From Polyangia bacterium (GTDB lineage: Bacteria > Myxococcota_A > Polyangia > JAAYKL01), in assembly GCA_046484285.1 (NCBI GenBank), contig JAWOBP010000156.1, positions 2,518 through 66,517 of the forward strand: 64,000 bases of DNA. The letters are read 5' to 3'. Positions 35,226 through 43,024 of the stretch are shown piece after piece. Within the stretch, counting starts at the first letter, position 1; each line of letters starts with the position of its first letter. Below the pieces are notes generated by a model. The model ran no database searches. It was not told the origin of the DNA and saw only the letters and a list, made by a program, of their open reading frames with translations. The position numbers and the translations under genes are program-made.

Positions 35226-37286
35226 ATGGGTCCCTACGTCATGACCGCATGCATCGCGGTGGCTCTCGCCGTCTTCGGCTGGTCGGCGCACCGGCGCTGG
35301 CTGCTGATGCGCGCCGCCGCCGCCGAGAACCGCTTCGATCGCCTCGGCACGCGCCTGGGCCGCATGATCTGGTTCGCGCTGATGCAGCGCAAGCTGCCCA
35401 AGTACCCGGTGATGGGGCTGATCCACATGGCCATCTTCTGGGGCTTTCTGGTGCTGCTGATCAACACGGTGATCCTGTGGGGCCGCGGGTTCGATGAACA
35501 TTTCGCCCTGTGGATCTTCGGCGACAACTGGCTGGGTGACCTGTACCGCTTTCTCAAGGACATCTTCGCGGTCGCGGTGCTCGTAGCCGCCGGGCTGGCG
35601 TTGCTCAATCGCGTGATCCTGAGGCCGTCGCGGATGACCGCCTCGTTCGAGGCGGCGCTGATCCTGCTGATCATCGTGGTGATGATGATAGGCGATCTGG
35701 CCTACTGGGGCTGGCAGCTGTCCAGCGAGGGGATGAGCGGCTTCCACGTCTCCGAGCCGTTCGTCTCGCTGGTTGCCGCGGGCTTTTCTCGGATGGAACC
35801 CGCCTGGGTCGAGATCCTGGGCACGATCGGCTACTGGGCGCACGCGGTGCTGGTGTTGATCTTTCTCAACATCCTGCCTTACGGCAAGCACTTCCACGTT
35901 GTCACCTCTCTGCCCAACGTGTTTTTCTCCAACCTCGAGGCGCCGGGCAAGCTGCCCCGCGACGAGAACATCGAGAAAGTGCTCAACGAGGAGGACGAGG
36001 AAGAGGAGGACGAGGAAGAGGAGCCCGTCTTCGGCGTCGACGAGGTCCAGCACTTCAGCTGGAAGGACGTGCTGGACATGTACTCCTGCACCGAGTGCGG
36101 GCGCTGCACGGACAACTGCCCGGCCGCCGAGAGCGGCAAGCCGCTGCAGCCCAAGCAGTTCCTCACCGCGGTGCGCGATCACCTCTACTCCCGGCAGCGG
36201 GAGATGATCTCCGGCAAGATCGAGAGCCGCCCGCTGGTGCCGGACGTGATCGATCCCGAGGTGGTCTGGAGCTGCACCACCTGCCGCGCCTGTGAGGAGG
36301 AGTGCCCGCTGCTGATCACCTACGTGGACAAGCTGGTCCGCATGCGGCGCGACCTGGTCGAGGGACGCGGCGAGCCGCCGGCCGAGCTGGCCACGGCTCT
36401 GCGCGGAATTGAGACCAACGCCAACCCGTGGAACATCTCGCCGATGGATCGCGACGACTGGAGCGAGGGGCTCGAGGTCCCCCAATTCGATTCCGACAGC
36501 TGCGAGTACCTGCTGTTCGTCGGCTGCGCGGCGAGCTTCGACGATCGGGCGCGCAAGATCGCTCGCGCGCTGGTCTCGCTGCTGGACGCCGCCGGCGTCA
36601 GCTACGGCTACCTGGGAGCCGAGGAGCCGTGCTGCGGCGACATCGCGCGCCGCGGCGGCTCGGAGGCCAACTTCCGGATGATGGCCGAGATGACCGTCGA
36701 GACGCTCAACGAGCTGGGCGTCGAGAAGATCATCACGCCCTGCCCGCACGGCTACAACACGCTCAAGCACGAGTACCCCGAGCTGGGCGGCGAGTGGGAG
36801 GTGCTGCACCACAGCGAGCTTTTGGCCAAGCTGCTCGACGAGGGCAAGCTGCGTCCCGCCCAGCGGGTCGAGCAGCGGATGGTCTTTCACGACGCCTGCT
36901 ACCTGGGGCGCTACAACGAGATGTACGACGCGCCGCGCCGCATCCTGGAAGCGGTTCCCGGCCTGGAGCTGGTCGAGATCGACGCCGGCCGCCAGCGAGC
37001 CATGTGCTGCGGCGCGGGAGGAGCGCGCTACTTCATGGAGGAGGCCCCGGACCAGCGGGTCAACAGCAGGCGCCTCGACCAGCTGCTCGAGCCAAAGCCG
37101 AAATCTATCGCCTCGGCCTGCCCGTTTTGCATGACCATGCTCTCCGACGGCCTCAAGGAGCGCGACCTCTACGACAGCACCGGCCAGCTCGACGTGGCCG
37201 AGATTTTGGCGATCTCCTGCGGAAAGGGAGACCGCAAGCTGCTCAGGGAGCAAGGCGACTCCGCCGAGACCGGAGCGGAGGGCTGA
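35226..37286 (+). CDS. membrane-anchored (Fe-S)-binding protein: NarI/DsrM-like N-terminal helices fused to two 4Fe-4S ferredoxin motifs and two CCG (HdrD/GlpC-like) domains
   Basis: N-terminal TM helices; CTECGRCTDNCP and CTTCRACEEECP ferredoxin motifs; GCAASFDD...PCCG and CPFC/MCCGAGG cysteine-rich CCG domains. Confidence 0.7.
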   Translation: MGPYVMTACIAVALAVFGWSAHRRWLLMRAAAAENRFDRLGTRLGRMIWFALMQRKLPKYPVMGLIHMAIFWGFLVLLINTVILWGRGFDEHFALWIFGDNWLGDLYRFLKDIFAVAVLVAAGLALLNRVILRPSRMTASFEAALILLIIVVMMIGDLAYWGWQLSSEGMSGFHVSEPFVSLVAAGFSRMEPAWVEILGTIGYWAHAVLVLIFLNILPYGKHFHVVTSLPNVFFSNLEAPGKLPRDENIEKVLNEEDEEEEDEEEEPVFGVDEVQHFSWKDVLDMYSCTECGRCTDNCPAAESGKPLQPKQFLTAVRDHLYSRQREMISGKIESRPLVPDVIDPEVVWSCTTCRACEEECPLLITYVDKLVRMRRDLVEGRGEPPAELATALRGIETNANPWNISPMDRDDWSEGLEVPQFDSDSCEYLLFVGCAASFDDRARKIARALVSLLDAAGVSYGYLGAEEPCCGDIARRGGSEANFRMMAEMTVETLNELGVEKIITPCPHGYNTLKHEYPELGGEWEVLHHSELLAKLLDEGKLRPAQRVEQRMVFHDACYLGRYNEMYDAPRRILEAVPGLELVEIDAGRQRAMCCGAGGARYFMEEAPDQRVNSRRLDQLLEPKPKSIASACPFCMTMLSDGLKERDLYDSTGQLDVAEILAISCGKGDRKLLREQGDSAETGAEG

Positions 37287-37381
37287 GGTCTCGCCTTCGT
37301 CCTGGACAGTCGGGGGATCGACATCACACCACCACGCTGAGCAGGCGCGATACCGATCGTCGCTTGTCTGTTTGGGGCTCG

Positions 37382-37666
37382 CTACTCCGGAATCTCGTCC
37401 GCCTCCACGTACTTGGCCAGGATGTCCGCGGCCTGCACGAGGCGGTGGGGCTTGCCGTCGATTCTTATCTCCTCTCCGGAGAACTTTTTGTAGATCACCC
37501 GATCGCCGATCTCGATCTCGTCGCTGGCGTCCGCGGCCAGCGCCACCACCTTGCCTTCGTCGGGACGCTGCTTGGCGTTTTCGGGCAGGATGATCCCACC
37601 GCTGGTCGTCTCTTCTGGTTCGAATTGTTCGAGTAGCACGTAATCACCCAGTGGTTGCAGCTTCAT
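37382..37666 (-). CDS. groES: co-chaperonin GroES (no groEL downstream)
   Basis: MKLQPLGDYVLLEQFEPEETTSGGIILPENAKQRPDEGKVVALA... 94 aa; AGGAGG RBS; start at aa 113 of ORF 37382..38002. Confidence 0.85.
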   Translation of the reverse strand: MKLQPLGDYVLLEQFEPEETTSGGIILPENAKQRPDEGKVVALAADASDEIEIGDRVIYKKFSGEEIRIDGKPHRLVQAADILAKYVEADEIPE

Positions 37667-37686
37667 CGCCTCCTCCTTCGCGGTGC

Positions 37687-37932
37687 TCACGCCGCGCTTT
37701 GTTCGGGCGTCAGGTCGAGCAGCTCGTCGATCTTGGCCCGGTCGAAACCCACGACGTAGCGCCCCTCTATGTCTATTTGGGGCACGCCGGTCTGTCCGGT
37801 CCTGGCCATCAGGCTGCGCGCCGCGGCCGGGTCCTTTGAGACGTCGACCTCGATGAACCGCACGCGCCGCTTGCGCAGGTAGCTCTTGACCCTGTTGCAC
37901 CAGGGGCATCTCTCGCCCACGTAGACGACCAC
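37687..37932 (-). CDS. glutaredoxin-like protein (CPWC active site)
   Basis: MVVYVGERCPWCNRVKSYLRKRRVRFIEVDVSKD...GVPQIDIEGRYVVGF: thioredoxin-fold Grx/NrdH-like; GTG start. Confidence 0.7.
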   Translation of the reverse strand: MVVYVGERCPWCNRVKSYLRKRRVRFIEVDVSKDPAAARSLMARTGQTGVPQIDIEGRYVVGFDRAKIDELLDLTPEQSAA

Positions 37933-37982
37933 GCGCTTGGCGCGCTTGCCCTCCCCGGAGGGCTGCGGAGTCGCCGAGGTCT

Positions 37983-38146
37983 CTAGCCCTCGTCAACCCC
38001 ACAATGCCGGGTCGGGCCGGCCCTCATCGACGATCCCTGCGTCACTCCTCCTCGAATTGGCACCGCCAGTCCTTCGTCGTCGTTCCTTGGCCTCGCCGAT
38101 GATCTCTCGCCCCGTACCCGAAATCGTCGGGTTGACGAGGCACTAG
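37983..38146. mobile_element. MITE-like element, copy B (inverted relative to copy A)
   Basis: 164 bp CTAG...CTAG, reverse complement identical to 24468..24632; lies between glutaredoxin-like gene and the vapB2 promoter. Confidence 0.6.
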
Positions 38147-38204
38147 CTTTTCCGGCCGCACGAACCCCCATTTTTCGTTCCAAAGCCGTCGCGTCGGATG
38201 GCCT

Positions 38205-38241
38205 TTGACATTACGCAAAGAGGTCATTATTATCATAATAA
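38205..38241 (+). promoter_or_regulatory. sigma70-like promoter TTGACA-17-TATTAT with overlapping operator palindrome TTATTATcATAATAA
   Basis: TTGACA 38205-10, TATTAT 38228-33, perfect 7-bp-arm palindrome 38227-41; AGGAG RBS 38253-57; AT-rich island in 70 % GC DNA. Confidence 0.55.
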
Positions 38242-38264
38242 CCAATACGAACAGGAGCGTTTCG

Positions 38265-38540
38265 ATGCCCACTATCGAGATTCCAGCCGCAGAAGCCAAA
38301 AGGCGCCTGGCCGACTACCTTAGCCGCAGTTCCCACGGTCAGTGCCGCGTGGTGGTCACCCGCCGGGGCAGACCGCTGGCCGCGATCGTCAGCATCGAGG
38401 ACTTGCAGGATCTCGAGCAGCTCGAAAAGCGCCGGGGGCTGGCCTCGGTGGCGGGCAAGTGGAGAGGCTTCGCCGAGATAGCCGCTGATATCGAAGCGGC
38501 CAGGAGCTCCGGCGGCGAAGGTCGCGATGTATCTCTTTGA
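38265..38540 (+). CDS. Phd/YefM-family antitoxin
   Basis: MPTIEIPAAEAKRRLADYLSRSSHGQCRVVVTRRGRPLAAIVSIEDLQDLE = Phd/YefM N-terminal fold; 14-nt overlap with downstream PIN gene. Confidence 0.75.
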   Translation: MPTIEIPAAEAKRRLADYLSRSSHGQCRVVVTRRGRPLAAIVSIEDLQDLEQLEKRRGLASVAGKWRGFAEIAADIEAARSSGGEGRDVSL

Positions 38541-38931
38541 CACCGACGTGCTGACCACCGTGCTCAAGCCGCGTCCTCCCCGGCGCCTGCTCGAGAGGCT
38601 GTCGGATGTTCCGGCCTCTCGGCAGTTCACCAGCACCGTCACCATCAGCGAGATAGTCTACGGCGCGCACAAGAGCGACAGGACCGACCACCATATCCGC
38701 AACCTCGAGCAGGTGCTGCTGCCCGCGGTCAACGTGTTGGATTTCGACGCCGAGGCTGCGTACCTGGCCGGTGCGATTCGAGCCCGGCTCGAAGCGCGCG
38801 GCCTGCCCCTGTCGTTCGCCGACATCCAGATCGCGGCGATCGCCCGCGCCAACGAGCTGACCCTGATCACCGGCAACGAGCGGAACTTTCGCCGGATCGG
38901 GGATCTGCGCGTGGAAAGCTGGCTGGCCTGA
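38527..38931 (+). CDS. vapC: PIN-domain toxin VapC
   Basis: MYLFDTDVLTTVLKPRPP...TISEIVYGA...ADIQIAAIARANELTLITGNERNF PIN motifs. Confidence 0.8.
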   Translation: MYLFDTDVLTTVLKPRPPRRLLERLSDVPASRQFTSTVTISEIVYGAHKSDRTDHHIRNLEQVLLPAVNVLDFDAEAAYLAGAIRARLEARGLPLSFADIQIAAIARANELTLITGNERNFRRIGDLRVESWLA

Positions 38932-38993
38932 GCCTGGTCTATTTTCGTCAAAAATTTGTTGACAGCCGCGCCCGACCAGCTTAGAAGCGAATC

Positions 38994-39062
38994 ATGTTCG
39001 CTTCGCGCGCAATCACGACGCTCTCCCGTCGCTGGTGGCGGCCCTGCCTCCTCCACGGGTAG
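38994..39062 (+). CDS. putative trp leader peptide (22 aa, tandem Trp codons)
   Basis: ATG 38994; MFASRAITTLSRRWWRPCLLHG-TAG; TGG TGG at 39033-38; start codon embedded in inverted repeat GAAGCGAA/TTCGCTTC; lies 130 nt upstream of trpB2. Confidence 0.55.
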   Translation: MFASRAITTLSRRWWRPCLLHG

Positions 39063-39149
39063 GGCGCGCGCGGACCCAGGACGACCACACAGTCAACGAG
39101 CAGGCAACGCGGACCGCGACCCCACCCGGGCTCGCGGTTCCTTTTTTTC

Positions 39150-39182
39150 GGCCGTGGGCAACCAGCTCGCGGCCTTTTTTTT
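39150..39182 (+). terminator. intrinsic terminator (attenuator) directly upstream of trpB2 RBS
   Basis: 10-bp stem GGCCGTGGGC/GCTCGCGGCC (two G-U) + T8, followed immediately by GGAGG and ATG 39195. Confidence 0.6.
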
Positions 39183-39194
39183 GGAGGTGAAACG

Positions 39195-40571
39195 ATGAGC
39201 GAAAAACCAGTCAAGAAGGTGCTGCTCGGCGAAGACCGGATTCCGCGGGCCTGGTACAACGTGCTGGCCGATCTGCCCGAGGCTCCGCCTCCGCCCCTGC
39301 ACCCGGCGAGCGGCGAGCCGCTCGGACCGCGAGACCTGGAGCCGCTTTTTCCGATGGCGCTGATCGAGCAGGAGGTCTGCAGCGACGCGGAGGTGCCGAT
39401 TCCGGACGAGATCAGGGAGAAGCTGGCGATCTGGAGACCGACGCCGCTGGTGCGGGCCACCGCGCTGGAGCGCGCGCTCGATACTCCGGCGCGGATCTTC
39501 TACAAGAACGAGTCGGTCAGCCCGCCGGGATCGCACAAGCCCAACACCGCGGTGGCGCAGGCATACTACAACCGCGAGGCCGGAACCGCGCGGATTGCGA
39601 CCGAGACCGGAGCCGGGCAGTGGGGCAGCGCGCTGGCCTTCTCCGCGGCGCAGTTCGGGATCGGCTGCGAGGTGTTCATGGTGCGCGCCTCGTACGACCA
39701 GAAGCCCTACCGCCGCACGATGATGGAGACCTGGGGCGCCAGCTGCGTGGCCAGCCCCAGCCCCGAGACCCGCACCGGGCGCGGCTTTCTCGAGCGCGAC
39801 CCGGAAACGCCCGGCAGCCTGGGGATCTCGATCGCCGAGGCGGTCGAGGTGGCGATGGAGCGCGACGACACCAAGTACGCGCTGGGATCGGTGCTCAACC
39901 ACGTGCTGTTGCACCAGACCGTGATCGGCCTGGAGTCGGCCGAGCAGCTGGCCTCGGTCGGCGCCGAGCCCGACGTGGTCGTGGGCTGCGTGGGCGGCGG
40001 ATCCAACTTCGGCGGAGTGGCCCTGCCGTTCGTCAGGGACAGGATCGCGGGGCGCGATCTGCGGATCGTCGCGGTCGAGCCGACCTCGTGCCCGACCCTG
40101 ACCCGCGGTCCCTACACCTACGACTTCGGCGACTCGGCCGGGCTCACCCCGCTGGTTGCGATGTACACCCTCGGCCACGGCTTCATTCCGCCGCCGATCC
40201 ACGCCGGAGGCCTGCGCTACCACGGCGTGGCGCCGATCATCGCCCAACTGCGGCGCGACGAGCTGATCGAGGCGATCGCGGTCGACCAGGTCGAGGCGTT
40301 CGAGGCCGGCGTCGCCTTCGCCCGCAGCGAGGGGTTGATCCCGGCGCCCGAGACCTGCCACGCGCTGGCCGCGGTGGTCCGCGAGGCGCGCCGTAGCGCC
40401 GAGGAGGGCCGCGCGCGCAACATCCTGGTCTCCTTCAGCGGCCACGGCCTGATCGACCTGGCCGCCTACGACGCCTTTCTGCGCGGCGAGCTCCGGCCCC
40501 ACGTTCTCGACCAGGACGGGATCGAGAACGCCCTGGAGGCGGTCGCCGAGCTGCCCGATCCTCCCGGCTGA
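39195..40571 (+). CDS. trpB: TrpB2-type tryptophan synthase beta-like PLP enzyme
   Basis: 458 aa; [20 protein letters not shown] (PLP lysine), [11 protein letters not shown] motifs and length characteristic of the TrpB2 clade; no trpA adjacent. Confidence 0.8.
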   Translation: MSEKPVKKVLLGEDRIPRAWYNVLADLPEAPPPPLHPASGEPLGPRDLEPLFPMALIEQEVCSDAEVPIPDEIREKLAIWRPTPLVRATALERALDTPARIFYKNESVSPPGSHKPNTAVAQAYYNREAGTARIATETGAGQWGSALAFSAAQFGIGCEVFMVRASYDQKPYRRTMMETWGASCVASPSPETRTGRGFLERDPETPGSLGISIAEAVEVAMERDDTKYALGSVLNHVLLHQTVIGLESAEQLASVGAEPDVVVGCVGGGSNFGGVALPFVRDRIAGRDLRIVAVEPTSCPTLTRGPYTYDFGDSAGLTPLVAMYTLGHGFIPPPIHAGGLRYHGVAPIIAQLRRDELIEAIAVDQVEAFEAGVAFARSEGLIPAPETCHALAAVVREARRSAEEGRARNILVSFSGHGLIDLAAYDAFLRGELRPHVLDQDGIENALEAVAELPDPPG

Positions 40572-40600
40572 GCAGCCCGATCGCGCTTTTCGCCAGAAGC

Positions 40601-40629
40601 TTGCCATCTGTACGCTGGTATCCTACAAT
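40601..40629 (+). promoter_or_regulatory. sigma70-like promoter TTGCCA-17-TACAAT upstream of PilZ gene
   Basis: Hexamers and 17-nt spacer seen directly; followed by ACAGGAGG RBS and ATG 40658. Confidence 0.45.
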
Positions 40630-40657
40630 GTAGGCAGAAGGATTACAGGAGGACACC

Positions 40658-41047
40658 ATGTACAGGAGAAGCGAAATCCGCCGGCTGGCAGGAGTCCCGA
40701 TCGAGGTGATCACCTCCAGGACGGATCTGCCGATCACCTTCGTCAGCTGGGACCTGAGCCCGCGGGGCGTGTTCCTGATGAGCGACGCGGCGCCGCAGTC
40801 CGGCGAGCCGCTGGTCTGCTCGTTCAACCTCGACGACGCGCGCGAGTACTGCTTCTTCGGCGAGGTGGCGCGGATCAGCCGGAGCCGCAGGTGCTGCGAC
40901 ACGGCGCCGGCCGGGTTCGGGGTGCGCTTCCTCGACGCCGGCCCGCTGGAGCGGCTCGACATCAGGGGCGAGCTGTCCGCGTCTCCGCCCGCGCTGCCGG
41001 GGAGGCCCAGGGACAACGCGCTGACCCGCGCGATGGGCTGGTGCTGA
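40658..41047 (+). CDS. PilZ-domain protein
   Basis: RRSEIRR ... DLSPRG motifs; paralog of the next gene. Confidence 0.7.
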   Translation: MYRRSEIRRLAGVPIEVITSRTDLPITFVSWDLSPRGVFLMSDAAPQSGEPLVCSFNLDDAREYCFFGEVARISRSRRCCDTAPAGFGVRFLDAGPLERLDIRGELSASPPALPGRPRDNALTRAMGWC

Positions 41048-41064
41048 GCGACAAGGAGGAGACG

Positions 41065-41469
41065 ATGCAACCACGTCTGGAGATACGACGCGCCGCAGAG
41101 TGCCGCATCGAGGTGATCTCCTCGCTGTGGGACGCGCCGCTCGAGTTCTCGAGCGGTGATCTCAGCCCGCGGGGAGCCTACCTCTACAGCGAGCTGCTGC
41201 CCGATCCGGGCGAGCACGTCGTCTGCTCGTTCGACCTGGGGCTCTCCGACGAGCTCGGCTTCTTCGCCGAGGTGGTGCGGGTCAACCTGCTCAGGCGGGC
41301 CTGCGACACGGGGCGGCCCGGATTCGGCGTGCGCTTTCTCGACGCCGGGCCGTTCGATCGGCTGCGCATCAGGGACAAGCTGCGGGGCCTGCCCCCGCCG
41401 CTGCCGGTCCCGCGTCGCTGTGTGGATCCGCCCAGGTCCGCGCGGTCGGGCCTGGGGATGATTCTTTGA
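41065..41469 (+). CDS. PilZ-domain protein (tandem paralog)
   Basis: ATG preceded by AGGAGG; RLEIRRAAECRIEVI...GDLSPRG...GFGVRFLDAGP, about half the positions identical to the upstream paralog in a by-eye alignment. Confidence 0.7.
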   Translation: MQPRLEIRRAAECRIEVISSLWDAPLEFSSGDLSPRGAYLYSELLPDPGEHVVCSFDLGLSDELGFFAEVVRVNLLRRACDTGRPGFGVRFLDAGPFDRLRIRDKLRGLPPPLPVPRRCVDPPRSARSGLGMIL

Positions 41470-41810
41470 CCGCACGCGCCCGCCGGACCTATAACCGCTT
41501 TATGGACACCTTCGTGCGGTTCATACGAGTCGCGCTGCCGGTCGGCCTGCTGCTGGCCGCCTTGATCTTCCTGCCGCTCAAGCTGCTCGACGAGCGCGGC
41601 CTCTCGCGGGTGGAGGAGCTCTCCGCCCAGCTCGAGGTGCTGCGCGACAAGAACCGGCGCATCCGCTGGGAGAACCGCGCGCTGCGCAAGGAGATCCGCG
41701 CCTTCCACTCCGACCCGCAGTACGTGGAGAAGGTGGCGCGCGACGAGCTGGGCATGGTCGGCCCGGACGAGATCATCTACCAGTTCCCCACCGAGCCCGG
41801 AGATCAGTGA
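41466..41810 (+). CDS. ftsB: FtsB/DivIC-like septum formation initiator
   Basis: N-terminal TM helix, coiled coil, ...EIRAFHSDPQYVEKVARDELGMV... conserved FtsB C-terminal motif. Confidence 0.6.
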   Translation: MTARARRTYNRFMDTFVRFIRVALPVGLLLAALIFLPLKLLDERGLSRVEELSAQLEVLRDKNRRIRWENRALRKEIRAFHSDPQYVEKVARDELGMVGPDEIIYQFPTEPGDQ

Positions 41811-42712
41811 TCCGGATTCGCCTCGTCGATCAGTGACCCGGCCCGCCGCGCCCGCCCGAGCGCAGCCGGCGAGTCGAGCAGCCTCGAGGCCTGCTCGATA
41901 TCCCGCCGCGCCTCGGCGAGACGCCCGCAGCGCAGCTCGGCCACGCCGCGCCGCAGCAGCGCCTCGCCGACCAGCGCGCGGGCGAACACGTCTTGCCGGC
42001 AGATCGTCAGCGCCAGCCGCCCGCGGGCGATCGCGGCGTCTGGGTTGGCGGACAGAAACGCGTTCCACGCGGCCTGCCGCTCGCCGGCGGCGTCCGGGCA
42101 GCGCCGGCGGGAGACGGGCCGCAGCCGCGCGATCCGCTCGCGCTCCAGATCCCGGGGCTCGCCGTTCACGTACAGCAGCGGAGGATCGAGCGGGTCGACG
42201 AGGCGCACCCTCGCGCCCGACGCGCTCCAGGCGACCTCCACCTCTGCGCCGCGGTTGACGTCTTCGACTCCGGCCAGGCCCGGCGAGGCCGGCAGCAGCG
42301 GAATCGCCGCCGCGCCCGCGGCCAGCCCCGCGGCCAGGCCGCCCCACCACCAGCAGCGGGCGCGCCGGACCGGGAACCAGCCCAGCGCGAACAGCGCGGC
42401 GAAAATCCAGGGATCGGCCGCGGCGAGCGGAAAGCCGCGGGGCGCGCCGAGCGCCGGGCCGATCGAGGCCAGCGCGCCGAGCAGAACCGCGACCGCCGAC
42501 AGCGCCGCGACCCGTCCGGCGCCGGCCCGGCCAAAACCCCGGCCGCGGCGCAGTAAACCCGCGCAGACGGCCGCGACCAGCAGCAGGCCGGCCGCGGCGA
42601 GCAGCAGCCCCTCGCGCCCGAAAGAGACCCCGGCCAACAGCGGGCACGGCGCCAGCGGGCAAAGCACCGCACCGCGCCACGCGACCAGAGCTCGTGGCAA
42701 TCGTTGGGTCAC
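41804..42712 (-). CDS. hypothetical polytopic membrane protein with C-terminal TPR-like segment
   Basis: Several Ala/Leu/Gly-rich predicted helices; 302 aa; no family recognised. Confidence 0.45.
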   Translation of the reverse strand: MTQRLPRALVAWRGAVLCPLAPCPLLAGVSFGREGLLLAAAGLLLVAAVCAGLLRRGRGFGRAGAGRVAALSAVAVLLGALASIGPALGAPRGFPLAAADPWIFAALFALGWFPVRRARCWWWGGLAAGLAAGAAAIPLLPASPGLAGVEDVNRGAEVEVAWSASGARVRLVDPLDPPLLYVNGEPRDLERERIARLRPVSRRRCPDAAGERQAAWNAFLSANPDAAIARGRLALTICRQDVFARALVGEALLRRGVAELRCGRLAEARRDIEQASRLLDSPAALGRARRAGSLIDEANPDH

Positions 42713-42768
42713 GAGAACCTGATAACACGAACCCGGCCTCGAAAAGGAACGCTGTTTGAGAGGTCGCC

Positions 42769-42921
42769 GAAATTGTGGTCCGCTTGCGCCGCGAGCACCG
42801 CATCGAGCTGCCGGACGCGATAATCCGGGCCAGCGCCAGGGTCACGGAATCGCTGCTGGTGACGCGCAACACCCGCGACTTCTCCGCCGACGACCCCGGA
42901 GTGCGGGTTCCCTACGAGTAG
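42769..42921 (+). pseudogene. C-terminal remnant of a PIN/VapC toxin gene (no start codon, ~50 codons)
   Basis: EIVVRLRREHRIELPDAIIRASARVTESLLVTRNTRDFSADDPGVRVPYE-TAG matches the conserved VapC C-terminus (…LPDAIIAATA…LvTrNxrDF…); preceded by in-frame TGA, no upstream antitoxin. Confidence 0.5.
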
Positions 42922-43024
42922 CCGACCGGCTCTGCTCTGAAAACAGCTTTGCCAAGCGCCCGGACCTCGCCGGTGAACTGCGCTGTTTGTCAGCCCGCGG
43001 TGGTGGTGTATATTCTTGCGCGCC

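Noticed and set aside
37942-37957. Palindrome GCCCTCCCCGGAGGGC upstream of the glutaredoxin-like gene as a CIRCE/HrcA operator
   Set aside because: It does not match the CIRCE consensus and is most simply a GC-rich hairpin overlapping the RBS region.
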